A DNA stretch of 64,000 nt from Microcoleus sp. (GCA_042408215.1 JAYFMW010000030.1:416001-480000), one strand, 5' to 3'; shown: positions 10,551 to 20,761, counted from the stretch's first letter. The notes: generated from the sequence alone by a model not told the origin. Numbers and translations: made by a program.

Positions 10551-10590
10551 CTCCGGGCTTTTTCAGTCTTTTTCGGGCTTTTTTGGTCAA
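10551..10590. promoter_or_regulatory. Four 10-bp-phased direct repeats, putative operator
   Basis: CTCCGGGCTT TTTCAGTCTT TTTCGGGCTT TTTTGGTCAA in the divergent intergenic region. Confidence 0.55.
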
Positions 10591-10649
10591 GACAGATGTG
10601 AGACAGGTCAAGTAAAGTTCTTGAATCAGTTTATTTTCACCAGCATGAG

Positions 10650-12839
10650 GTGAGTAACACAATGCCTGACAATTTAGCTCTGTTGGACAAAAACGATAAC
10701 TTTTCCAATGGTAACACAGGAAACGACTTGATATTCGATCCGGCTGGTGGGGATGAGTCGCGATCGAGTTCCCAAGTCGGCGGTGGCTCACTTTCAAGGG
10801 ATGGTAGTGCATATATTTTAACCGAGGGAAGCGACACATTTACGATTCCCCTTGGCTTGCTCGATACTCTCATCGGCGGTTTGCGGGGTTTAGGCGGTGC
10901 GGATTCGATTACGGGTTCGGAATCTGGGGATATCGTCTATGGCGACGAAGGAAATGACCGAATTGAGGGTCGAGGTGGTGCTGATTTGCTCTACGGCGGC
11001 TTGGGAAACGATTTTCTGAGCGGCGGTGCGGGCCAAAATGGTCTCCTTGGCGGTGCGGGTGCTGACACCTTGCAGGGTGGTGAAAGTGCCGATGGTGTCA
11101 ACGGAAACGCAGGTAATGACGTAATTTTCGGTGGAGGCGGAGACGACTTTTTGCGGGGTGGTCGCGGTAACGATATTATCAATGGGGAAGATGGCAATGA
11201 CTTTCTGATTGGCGATTTTGGCAATGACACCCTGACTGGTGGTGCGGGTCAAGATCTATTTTTTCTGCGCTCTGAGGCGGCTTTAGGCTCTCCTACGTTT
11301 GACTTAATCACCGACTTTCAAAGAACAATTGATTTCATCGGACTTAGCACAAATCTTAAGGAATCCGATATTGTTTTGGAATCGAAAGTGCAGCCGTCTG
11401 GTGGTTCTGCTGTGGATATTAAAGTAGCTGCAACAGGGGCTTTGTTAGGTACTGTTTTGGGAGTTACACCGGACGATTTAAAAGGCCGATTCAGACCTTA
11501 TGATGTGGAACCAGATCGTCCTGAAGATAAAGTCACAATTGATTTACCGGAAGTTAAAAAGCTATCTGATAACAAATTTCAGATGGAATTTCCGGCGAGT
11601 GATGGTAGCAAATATACAGTAGTTTTTCAAGATGATGCTGACGGACGTTTCGTAGAATCAGTTATATTTGTACCCAATCGTACAACTGGTGTTCGTGGTA
11701 GTACAACGCGCATGAGTCGAGATGGTACAAGGGCGGATGTCACTCTTGAAGGATCTAATGAAACTGTACGAGTTGAGAATCAACCGAGTAAAGAACCTGG
11801 AAAGCCGGATCAAGGTGTTATATCGCGGATCAAAGATGGTCAGATTGTTGACACTGTAACTTTTCCTGTGCCAACCGAGCCGACCGTACCTACTAATCCT
11901 GAGCCACCAAAACCAACGACTCCGACCGTTGGTCAACCAGATTTTGCGAAAGCTTGTCAGTCGGTTAAAGACTTCTGTGAAGGAACTGCAAAACTGGCTA
12001 AAGTGGTTGATTTTGCTGCTGCTGCGTCAGCCGTTGGTGCTTTAGTATTGCCTCCTTTTAGGGTTGTTAACAAAGCAATGGAGGCCGCGTCTACAGGATT
12101 TAAAGTCCTTGACTACAGTTGCAAACTTCTTACAGGTAGCGATAAAGACCTTGGTGATGCGGTAATTGACGAATTGACTGGAATAGGAGTTGGGAAAATT
12201 ATCCAATCAGCAGGAATTGCAGGAGAAGTTATAGGAGGTAGTTTAGATTTAGCTTCATCTACTAAGGATCTCATTGATTTATTTTTTGGGGAAGAGAAGC
12301 CGACAGAACCTTCTAAAACTAACTTTTTGCCTCAGATCCGAAAGTTTCTTACTAAAAAGTATAATTTTCCATTTGACTTCTGCGACAAACCTGCGACTAC
12401 TCCTGTAACGCCTCCACCAACACCATCCACTCCCTTCAAGAAAATAGAGATAACACCGTCTGCTATCCCTTATCTGGGGACTGCTAACCTGAATGTCAAA
12501 TACGTGAATCCAAGCAACAACAGCACAAATATAGAGATTTCGGGTACTGGTCGAAAAGGTATTGGAAATCCCACATTTCTAATTCCAGAAGATAAAAAAG
12601 GTCAAGGAGAGTTTAATTTCACTTTGACGAATGGCGGCACACAGCTAGGAGGACCGGGTAGTGCAAACCTGAAGAATTTCTTAGACGTTACGATTGGGAC
12701 TGGAGGGGGAGGACAACTATTTGATACTGTTAATTATCGTCAACAATCATTCGATCTTCTGGCAGCGCCAAATGGTATAAATAACATTTTACCTAATGTC
12801 TATACGGTTAGTTCGGTAGAGGGTTTGACACGGCGGTGA
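10650..12839 (+). CDS. RTX (hemolysin-type Ca-binding repeat) protein with unrecognised C-terminal region
   Basis: About 12 GGxGxDxLx-type nonapeptides, DLITDF cap, then Pro-rich linkers and a Cys-containing helical segment. Confidence 0.85.
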   Translation: MSNTMPDNLALLDKNDNFSNGNTGNDLIFDPAGGDESRSSSQVGGGSLSRDGSAYILTEGSDTFTIPLGLLDTLIGGLRGLGGADSITGSESGDIVYGDEGNDRIEGRGGADLLYGGLGNDFLSGGAGQNGLLGGAGADTLQGGESADGVNGNAGNDVIFGGGGDDFLRGGRGNDIINGEDGNDFLIGDFGNDTLTGGAGQDLFFLRSEAALGSPTFDLITDFQRTIDFIGLSTNLKESDIVLESKVQPSGGSAVDIKVAATGALLGTVLGVTPDDLKGRFRPYDVEPDRPEDKVTIDLPEVKKLSDNKFQMEFPASDGSKYTVVFQDDADGRFVESVIFVPNRTTGVRGSTTRMSRDGTRADVTLEGSNETVRVENQPSKEPGKPDQGVISRIKDGQIVDTVTFPVPTEPTVPTNPEPPKPTTPTVGQPDFAKACQSVKDFCEGTAKLAKVVDFAAAASAVGALVLPPFRVVNKAMEAASTGFKVLDYSCKLLTGSDKDLGDAVIDELTGIGVGKIIQSAGIAGEVIGGSLDLASSTKDLIDLFFGEEKPTEPSKTNFLPQIRKFLTKKYNFPFDFCDKPATTPVTPPPTPSTPFKKIEITPSAIPYLGTANLNVKYVNPSNNSTNIEISGTGRKGIGNPTFLIPEDKKGQGEFNFTLTNGGTQLGGPGSANLKNFLDVTIGTGGGGQLFDTVNYRQQSFDLLAAPNGINNILPNVYTVSSVEGLTRR

Positions 12840-12953
12840 TAATGGCTATAATCGGGCGGGCACGGGGGCACCGCCCCTACAGGAATCATTTGTAATTTCA
12901 GTGTGATGTAGAGTTGGTTTAAGGGCGATTAATTCAATATTTAATAAAATGTG

Positions 12954-13148
12954 GTAGGGGCGGGTTCGCCGACCAATTATGTCACCCACCGATAATCTTA
13001 ATAAACCCGCCCCCACCCAACGAATAACCCCGAATAACTATCACTGAATAACCATTAAATTTAATTAATTTTTAATCTTTTCGTGGGGTTGGGGCGGGTT
13101 TTTAGGATTGTCGATGGGTGTCAAATATCTGGGCGAACCCGCCCCTAC
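12954..13148. repeat. REPIN-like long inverted repeat (~65-bp arms, GTAGGGGCGGGTTCGCC...GGCGAACCCGCCCCTAC)
   Basis: Arms seen directly; flanked by a 28-bp direct repeat at 12902-12929 and 13172-13199. Confidence 0.8.
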
Positions 13149-13206
13149 AGTCATTGGGAATTTTCAGTTATTGTGATGTAGAGTTGGTTTAAGGGCGATC
13201 GCTATT

Positions 13207-13312
13207 AGGACTTACACTCATGGCCCCAGAAACCGGGTTTTTTAGAGAATATGTGGGTCACGAAGTATTTTCGTAAAAAAACCCGGTTTCTTTGGTTGGG
13301 TGCGTAAGTCCT
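13207..13312. mobile_element. MITE with AGGACTTAC...GTAAGTCCT ends and internal GAAACCGGGTTTTT palindrome
   Basis: TIRs seen; relatives at 25150-25247, 33504-33615, 40968-41273. Confidence 0.75.
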
Positions 13313-13585
13313 GGCTATCTAATAAAATTTGTAGGGGCTGGTTCAGCGATCGCTCCTGTCACCCACCGACAATCTTAATCAACCCGCCCCACTCAACCAG
13401 CGATCGCCTGCTCAAAGCTGTGCTTCTGAGATTGTGAACGGTTCGACGGAGTTTACCCTGAGTGCTTCCGAAGGGCTCACCTACCACGGGTGGAATCCTC
13501 ATAGGAGCGCGTCTTTCATCCCACACTAACCTTCGATCGGTATAGTGTGGGGATTCCCGTCTGTCAAGCTAATTCCTAAATTTAC

Positions 13586-14942
13586 CAAAAACATGGGTCT
13601 AAAGCCCCGTCCTTCTAGGACGGCTTTAATTTCTGCCAAGTGTAAACAATTCTTAAATATATGCACTTTGTGAATACAATGCTCTGCAAAAACGAGAGAA
13701 TAATAGCATGATTGTACTAGAGTTTAAATTAAAGGGCAAAGCGCAGCAATATCGGGTCATAGACGAAATGATCCGCACAGCGCAATTTGTCCGAAACAAA
13801 ACTCTTAGACACTGGATTGATAATCAAGGGGTTAAGCTAGTCGATCTATACAAACAATGCGCCATCATGGCGAAAGAGTTTGAATGGGCAGGAAAACTTA
13901 ACTCAATGGCACGTCAAGCTTCGGCCCAACGCGCCATTTTTGCTATTCAACGTTTTTTCTCAAATTGTAAAACTAAGAAGCCAGGAAAAAAGGGCTACCC
14001 GCAGTTTAAGAAACACACCCGTTCTGTAGAATATAAGACTTCAGGTTGGAAGCTTTCTGCCGACAAAAGATGTTTAACTTTCACGGATGATTTTGCCGCT
14101 GGAACATTTAGGCTACTTGGTAGTCGGGATTTGCACTTCTATGCACCCAAGGAAATCAAGCGAATCAGAGTAATTCGTCGTGCCGACGGTTACTACGCTC
14201 AGTTCTGTATTAACGTGGAACGGACAGAGGAATCTATTCCTACAGGTAAAGCTATTGGAATAGATGTAGGTTTAAACCATTTCTATACCGATAGTAGCGG
14301 AGAAACAGTTCCGAATCCTCGGCATTTGCGTAAAAGTGAAAGAGCTTTAAAGCGATTACAGAAACGAGTTTCTCGGAAAAAGAAAGGTTCTAGTAATCGC
14401 AAAAAAGCAATCAATAAGTTAGGTAGAAAACACCTGAAAGTCAGTAGGCAACGCAAAGACTTCGCCATCAACACGGCGTTGTGCGTAGTGAAATCTAGCG
14501 ATTTCGTAGCTTACGAAAATCTTCAGGTGCGGAATATGATTAAGAATCACAAGCTTGCTAAATCAATTAGCGATGCAGCTTGGTCACAGTTGGCTCAGTG
14601 GTTGCAATATTTTGGAAAAGTGTACGGTAAAACAGTAATTGCTGTTGCTCCTCAGTATACTTCTCAAGATTGCTCAACCTGTGGCAATAGTGTTAAGAAA
14701 ACGCTATCAACTAGAACTCATGTTTGCAGTTGTGGCACGGTATTAGATCGTGACCATAACGCAGCTCTGAATATTTTGGCGAAAGGATTGAAAGCCCGTG
14801 CAGGAATCAATTTAAATACGGTGGGGCACACCGAAATTAACGCTTGGGGACAGACCGACCTCTACTCGTTGGTGGTAGCATCAACGAGCAAATCGACTGA
14901 CTGAACCAAGAATCCTCGTGCCTTCAGGCCGAGGAGTGTCAA
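13586..14942 (+). mobile_element. IS200/IS605-family tnpB-only element, copy 2
   Basis: Preceded by TTTAC (13581-13585); same end hairpins as copy 1; ends GTGTCAA. Confidence 0.88.
13708..14904 (+). CDS. tnpB: RNA-guided endonuclease TnpB
   Basis: GIDVG, YENL, CSTCG/CSCG, DRDHNAALNI; close but non-identical paralogue of 4949-6142. Confidence 0.95.
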   Translation: MIVLEFKLKGKAQQYRVIDEMIRTAQFVRNKTLRHWIDNQGVKLVDLYKQCAIMAKEFEWAGKLNSMARQASAQRAIFAIQRFFSNCKTKKPGKKGYPQFKKHTRSVEYKTSGWKLSADKRCLTFTDDFAAGTFRLLGSRDLHFYAPKEIKRIRVIRRADGYYAQFCINVERTEESIPTGKAIGIDVGLNHFYTDSSGETVPNPRHLRKSERALKRLQKRVSRKKKGSSNRKKAINKLGRKHLKVSRQRKDFAINTALCVVKSSDFVAYENLQVRNMIKNHKLAKSISDAAWSQLAQWLQYFGKVYGKTVIAVAPQYTSQDCSTCGNSVKKTLSTRTHVCSCGTVLDRDHNAALNILAKGLKARAGINLNTVGHTEINAWGQTDLYSLVVASTSKSTD

Positions 14943-15031
14943 AACCATAATACGATCGCCAAAACCCGTTTTATTAATTTTATATTTTCAACTAGATCGA
15001 TTTCATTTGCAGGAGCGATCGCCCATACTGA

Positions 15032-16300
15032 TTACTTTGGCAAAGGCTCCAATAGTCGATCGGAATGACTAGCTGCAACCGCCGCAAATAAAGCCTCATA
15101 ATGATTCAAAGCTTCTTCAAATCCATAATTCTCAACAGCATAACTTCTGCCTTGCAAACCCAACATATCCACCTTAGCAGGATGCAAATACAAATCTTCA
15201 ACCCCATCAGCTAGAGCTTGCGGATCTTCCGGCGGCACCACCACCCCGCCGCCACTTTGCAGCACTGCTTTATGGGCAGTACCAGTTTCAGGAACCGAAG
15301 CCAAAATAGCCCGGCCGCTGGCGAGAATTACTTGAATTTTTGAAGGCATATTGAAGTTAGTAACGCGGCGCTTTTGTACCACCAAGCTAACATCAGCAGC
15401 AGCTAGCATTTCTGGTAATTTTTCTCGCGGTTCAAAGGGCAGCAACATCACATTAGTCGCTTTGTAAGTTTTACAATCTTTTTGCAAGCGCGCCAGTGCA
15501 GTTGATTCTCCGACAATTACAAAAGCGATTTCGGGTATGTGTTTTAAACGAGCCGCAGCTTTGACAACAGTTTGCAGGCCTTGAGTGAGGGCAATATTGC
15601 CCGCATAAAGAACGACAAATTTGCCCTGGAGATTGTGAGTTTCGCGAAAGGAGTTATTTTCCTTCGGTAAAGGGCGGATGAAATTCACATCCACCCAATT
15701 GGGAACGCAAGCTATTTTTTCCGGGGGTACTCCCTGAGAGTGCAATTTTTTGACAAAACCGCCGTCGATGACGCTAACTTGGCTCGCAGTTTGGTATGCA
15801 AATTTTTCTAAAGCGTCAGCAATCCGAATTAGGATTCCGTTTTTTTTCACTAAGCCGACGCGCACGGCTGCTTCTGAGACAATATCCTGAACGTTGAGGA
15901 CGATCGGGCAACCGCGAATCCAGCCGTAGAGGGCCACTGGGACGCAAATCGGCAATGGGGGCATGGTTGAGAAAATCACGTCGGGACGCCAGCCTCTGAA
16001 GGCTTGGACGGCGCTGGAGGCGACAAAGCTGCCGTCTAGCAGCAGTCTGTCTAGGAGGCTGGGGTGGGGGCCGTTGACGCGCAGGTAGCTGCGCTGAATG
16101 GTGACGCCTTGGTGTTCTTCGGTAAGGTAGAATTTGCCCCGATATTTTTCATAAATCCGGCGCTGGGGATAGTTGGGCATTCCTGTGACGACTCGAACTT
16201 GATGACCACGCTTGACTAGGCCCTGGGCTAGTTCTGTCATCAGGGGAGCAATGCCGATCGGCTCTGGGTAGTAGTTATAGGAATAAATCAGAATACGCAT
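15032..16300 (-). CDS. GT4 glycosyltransferase (WcaI-like)
   Basis: MRILIYSYNYYPEPIGIA, GMPNYP, PNWVD, YAGNI, MPSK; start moved to ATG 16300. Confidence 0.88.
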   Translation of the reverse strand: MRILIYSYNYYPEPIGIAPLMTELAQGLVKRGHQVRVVTGMPNYPQRRIYEKYRGKFYLTEEHQGVTIQRSYLRVNGPHPSLLDRLLLDGSFVASSAVQAFRGWRPDVIFSTMPPLPICVPVALYGWIRGCPIVLNVQDIVSEAAVRVGLVKKNGILIRIADALEKFAYQTASQVSVIDGGFVKKLHSQGVPPEKIACVPNWVDVNFIRPLPKENNSFRETHNLQGKFVVLYAGNIALTQGLQTVVKAAARLKHIPEIAFVIVGESTALARLQKDCKTYKATNVMLLPFEPREKLPEMLAAADVSLVVQKRRVTNFNMPSKIQVILASGRAILASVPETGTAHKAVLQSGGGVVVPPEDPQALADGVEDLYLHPAKVDMLGLQGRSYAVENYGFEEALNHYEALFAAVAASHSDRLLEPLPK

Positions 16301-16462
16301 AATATTTAGTTTGAAGCAAATTTTCCTGTCTCGCACGGGATCGAAGCAACACCCTGTTAATTGCCGGGGATTTGGTTGGCTTCCAGGCAACGCAGCAAGG
16401 GGCGGCGTCGATACCTGAGACGCGGGAAAAAGTCGCCCTCTGCGGTTTGAAACCTCCCGCCC

Positions 16463-16900
16463 TCACATAATATTTTTACGCATTAGCAGGCAGTTGCGGG
16501 AGTCGTCTGTACGGTTATAGTACAGCTCGTCTGTGAGCTGGTGCATGAATACCAGCCCCCTTTCTCCTTCTCTGTCCAAGGGATCGCGCTGCTCTTCCAT
16601 GATCGAGTGCAGCTTTGCTTCCAAGTCAAAGGGTTGACCCCTGTCCCAAATCTTGATTTCTAAGTAACTGGCAAACACTTTGACCTCAAGGTCGATGGGG
16701 GTCGCTCTGGGTAAGTTCTGGTGAGCGTGGCGGACAACGTTTGTAAAGCCTTCGTTGACAATCAGTTGACACTGCCACCACAAATCCCCAGGTAGCAGCG
16801 GCAAAACGATATTTTCCAACCATTCCAAAACTTCTGTTAAAGCCTTCATGTCTGTTTCAACCTGAAGGTGCGACTCGGCCTTTGGTTGCTTGTCTTTCAT
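16463..16900 (-). CDS. Anti-sigma factor-like HATPase (RsbW type)
   Basis: EGFTNVVRHA, IWDRGQPFD, ERGL motifs. Confidence 0.85.
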   Translation of the reverse strand: MKDKQPKAESHLQVETDMKALTEVLEWLENIVLPLLPGDLWWQCQLIVNEGFTNVVRHAHQNLPRATPIDLEVKVFASYLEIKIWDRGQPFDLEAKLHSIMEEQRDPLDREGERGLVFMHQLTDELYYNRTDDSRNCLLMRKNIM

Positions 16901-16904
16901 TAAT

Positions 16905-17903
16905 CTATACAGCGCCACTATTTTTCTGAAACAGGATGGTTACGGTTTTAACAATTAGTTTCAGGTCATACATCAGGCTCCAGTTTTGTTGGTATTTTAA
17001 GTCGAGGCGGATGACATCTTCAAAGTCGCGCACTTGAGAGCGGCCGTTGACTTGCCATTCGCCGGTCATCCCGGGCTTGACATCCAAACGCTGCCACTGG
17101 GGTACTTCGTAGCGCTCCACTTCGTCTGGGGTAGGTGGTCTGGTGCCCACTAGACTCATTTCGCCTTTGAGTACGTTCCAAAACTGCGGCAGTTCGTCGA
17201 GACTGGTTTTGCGTAAAATCTGCCCGACTTTGGTAATCCGGGGGTCGTTGTCATTTTTGAAAAATGCGCCGGAGGCTTGGTTTTTGATTTGGGATTTGAG
17301 GGCTTCGGCGTTGGTACACATCGATCGAAATTTCCAAATCCGAAACTTTTTTCCCATCCAGCCGCAGCGGGTTTGAGCGAAAAAGATCGGGCCGGGATCG
17401 TTGATTGTGATGGCTGCGACTATGGGTATGAACAATATTCCTGTAATTATCAAACCGACTATTGCCCCGACGATATCTATGAGCCGTTTCACCCACGATC
17501 GCACTGAGGGGTGGGTCATGGGTAGCTGATTGTCCGCTCGGTTGGTCTCTTTCGGGGCGGAGGTTGCAGAGGGCTGCTCGATCGTCAGCACTTGATCTAG
17601 GCTGGTAAGAGCAAATACTGCCATCACCTGTGGCTTGAGGCTTCGGAGCACTAAGTCGCTGCCCCGCTGTTTGGCAAATTTGAGATTGCCGACGAGGGCA
17701 CCGATCCCGCTACTGTCTATGAACGTGGTCTGACTGAAGTCTAGGACAATTTTACTGGGAACGGTGCTTCCAGAGAAAAGTTGCTGGCAGGTTGTCTTGA
17801 AGTTTACCGCTTCAAGTACGCTTAAGCGCACGGGGATGTGAACCGAGGGAATCTCGTCCAAATATGTTACCCGAAAATCTGCCTCTGGGGTTTGACTGAC
17901 CAT
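16905..17903 (-). CDS. STAS (anti-anti-sigma) domain fused to bacterial sugar transferase
   Basis: TFIDSSGIGAL STAS motif; KRLIDI, KFRSM, DPRIT, LRKTSLDELPQFWNVLKGEMSLVG, KPGMTG. Confidence 0.9.
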   Translation of the reverse strand: MVSQTPEADFRVTYLDEIPSVHIPVRLSVLEAVNFKTTCQQLFSGSTVPSKIVLDFSQTTFIDSSGIGALVGNLKFAKQRGSDLVLRSLKPQVMAVFALTSLDQVLTIEQPSATSAPKETNRADNQLPMTHPSVRSWVKRLIDIVGAIVGLIITGILFIPIVAAITINDPGPIFFAQTRCGWMGKKFRIWKFRSMCTNAEALKSQIKNQASGAFFKNDNDPRITKVGQILRKTSLDELPQFWNVLKGEMSLVGTRPPTPDEVERYEVPQWQRLDVKPGMTGEWQVNGRSQVRDFEDVIRLDLKYQQNWSLMYDLKLIVKTVTILFQKNSGAV

Positions 17904-18096
17904 GAAGTCCTGGTTTCAAATTTCAAGCTGATGTATCTAGCTTATTCTGTCCTAGCCGAGCGATTTTTACCAAACATTATTGTTAACACAAGGCCAGCTT
18001 TATACAAACTTTATATTTTAACAGGTCAACCGATCGATGGTTTAGGTATCAATCTGCTTGCCAACTAGGAGATGTCGAAGGATCAACAGTGCCTAG

Positions 18097-18195
18097 TTGA
18101 CATCTTCCCACCGATGAGTCGGAATACCGACTCTGAGGGGGATGCCCAAGATTACTCCTGAGAATTGCTGCTGCGACGAGACAACTTACGAGAGC
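18097..18195 (-). mobile_element. Isolated IS200/IS605 tnpB-type right-end remnant
   Basis: Minus strand reads ...CATCCCCCTCAGAGTCGGTATTCCGACTCATCGGTGGGAAGATGTCAA, resembling the ATCCCC...GGGAGATGTCAA end at 43930-43961. Confidence 0.55.
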
Positions 18196-18864
18196 TTACG
18201 AATTGTAGACGTTCTCTGACTGGGAAGTTTCGCGCTCCAGGGGTTTGACTTTGGCCTTGGCTTTGGCTGCGTTGCGTTTGAGGGCTTGGAGACGGGCTTC
18301 GTACTTGGCTCGCTGCTGCTTTTTGGAGGTTTGCTCGATCAGGGTTTTTAAGGCGCTACCGAGGCTTTTATAGGCGTTTGGGAGAGTGTAGCCGAAGCGG
18401 GTGGCGAGGGCGAGGGCTTTTTCGTCCGCGTCTACTGCTTCTTTTAAACTTTTTTCTCCGTTGTTTTTCTGGTACAGCCTCCAGCCGGAGATGCCACATA
18501 GGGATAGGGCTAGTACCAGCAGCAAGCCGTCTTGCACCCAAAGTTCGCCGACTGCGCCACCTAAACCGATGGCGAGGGCAGCCATTTCCCAGCCGTCTCT
18601 GGGGATGGTGTCGTTTTGGATTCTGGCGACTTCGTGCCAAAACAGGAGATTGCGCTGATCCATTGCTAGTTGTTCCCAGCGGATCAGGTCTATTTGTATT
18701 TCTACTTGATCTTTGCCGATTTCTTCGCTGCGGATCAAGGTGGGATTAACTTCTATGGTTTTTTCTACTGTTACCCAACTTTGTAGTTCTGGTGGCAGTA
18801 TATTTTTCAAGCGCCGGATTTCACTCATTTCGGCTCTTGCTGTGGAGGTTGCATAGGATGTCAT
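18196..18864 (-). CDS. DUF3318-family cyanobacterial membrane protein
   Basis: QRNLLFWHEVARIQ, GWEMAALAIGLGGAVGELWVQD. Confidence 0.8.
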   Translation of the reverse strand: MTSYATSTARAEMSEIRRLKNILPPELQSWVTVEKTIEVNPTLIRSEEIGKDQVEIQIDLIRWEQLAMDQRNLLFWHEVARIQNDTIPRDGWEMAALAIGLGGAVGELWVQDGLLLVLALSLCGISGWRLYQKNNGEKSLKEAVDADEKALALATRFGYTLPNAYKSLGSALKTLIEQTSKKQQRAKYEARLQALKRNAAKAKAKVKPLERETSQSENVYNS

Positions 18865-19134
18865 AGCTCCGGCCTGAAATTTTTCAAAGGGTTAATTGCT
18901 TCTATATTCTGAAGTATAGCAAACCTTTTGGGCCTTGTATTCGAGTATGGTCGCGAATATTCCCCAGCCCGCATCACCCGATCGACTGACCTAGGTTATA
19001 ATTCTTAATGATTTTCTGGGCTGCTAGATGCTCAACGCAGAATTAAAACAGGGGGTCGATCGAGCTTTACTGAAAATTTTACTCGCAAAGGGCGATCGAC
19101 ACTACCTACCTACAGACCTCTTTTCTTGTTACTT

Positions 19135-20761
19135 TTACATAAACGGCTGAATTTCTTGTCGCAATTTCAACCAAGCTGACAAAACTTCTGGCTTAGAAGT
19201 TATACCTTTTTGGATCAAAACCACTCCATCTAACACTTGAGCAACTCCGTAAGTTCCCTGTCGCAGAGCTGCGTCTGCAAAACGTACTCCCCCCCTAACT
19301 CTACCTCGATCGACCGGAGCTTTTAAATTATTCTGCTGCAACTGCCACAAATCTAGCAATCCATAATCAACATCGACTGTTTTTCCATTTTCATCTTTCA
19401 TCTGCATCACTTCTAAACGAATTATGTTCCGGCGCCCGGAGAGGTGGGGAACTATGTAACCGCTGGTGGAAATGCTCGCATCTTTTGGAATCGAATTAAA
19501 AACTGTTTTTAAGTCAGCCGCGTGTTCCAATTGAGCGCTTAAAGATTGATAAACCCAAGGTTGGATGGAGTAAGGAGAAATGAAATACAAAGCTCGATGC
19601 GGATTAGAAGTGTAGGTCAGCAGTATTGACAAACCGATACACCCAATCCAGAAGCGGTGCAGCCTGGGTTTAAATTTTTCTTGATGTTGTGACCACCACA
19701 GTATTGTACCGTAAAATAAGCCGGGAATTACAGCTAAGGTGTAGCGAGTATTGATTGAAGTAGCAGACTGATTAAAAACTTGCAGCAGTAGAACCGACAA
19801 AGGAAAAATTGTCATGATCCAGGCGCTAGGAGTAATCACTGGTACAAATGCTAGCGGCAACCAATGACCTAAAAGGTATAAAATGCGTTTGCTGAAGTTG
19901 GTGAACAATACTTGAATTATGATCTGAGGTTGGCTGATAATCGCCCAGAGCAGTTCTAGAGTTGAGGGAGTTTCTGTTTTGACAAATTGCCTAAAGTAAT
20001 TAGCTAAGTACAGTCTGGAACTATCAACCGAAAACATCGGCATGACTGTATTAGTTATCAGCGTGACGTAGCTGAAGCTGACGGCGCACAAAGCTACACC
20101 AGTGCGTGGGTAACGGCGGCTGAAAATTAAATATACTCCGATTCCGAATAAGGTAATTCCCGCATCTTCGCGAGTTCCTAAAGTTAAAGCTGCGAAAATC
20201 CAAAATAACACCCAACGCTGCTTTTCTAATGCTAAAAGCAAGCTAAATACAAATAAAGGAATTTGGCAGTGTTCGTAGAAATTGCCCAGCGTCGGCCCGA
20301 TGACACCATTGGCTCCATAATAGCTAGCTACTATCATTACTGACATGGGAACAGACAGATAGTGTCTTGCTAAAAAATATAAAACTATTCCCGCAGCAGC
20401 GATTAAAGTTACTTGCAATACAATCAGCGTAACAGGAGTATGGAAATAGGGCATAAAGTGGCATCCAAAGTAAAAAATCAATGACAAAGTGTTGCCCTAA
20501 GTGGACGTAGGATGGATAGGACAGTTGTCTGTCCATCAGCGAGGCGCTGGAGGCGGCTGAGGAGAGGGAACTTTGAAATAGTTTACCTTGTACGCTGTTC
20601 CAAAATACTTGGTTAAATAGGCCGTGGTCGTAGGTGATTAAAAAGCTCTCGTAGTGGATTATACTAAAAGCTAAGACTACTGTAAAAAAAGTGGCTGCTA
20701 TGATTATAACTTGACGCAATCCTGTTTTATTTTGCCAGTAGTCGAGAGGTTTGAATTTCAT
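19135..20761 (-). pseudogene. DUF2079-like polytopic membrane protein, frameshifted near 20440
   Basis: N-part (YDHGLFNQVFWN...LGQHF...LYALFP) and C-part (TPVTLIVLQV...RED) are in different frames. Confidence 0.75.

Noticed and set aside
12902..13199. 28-bp direct repeat as CRISPR
   Set aside because: Only two copies 270 bp apart, the interval is a REP doublet, no cas genes
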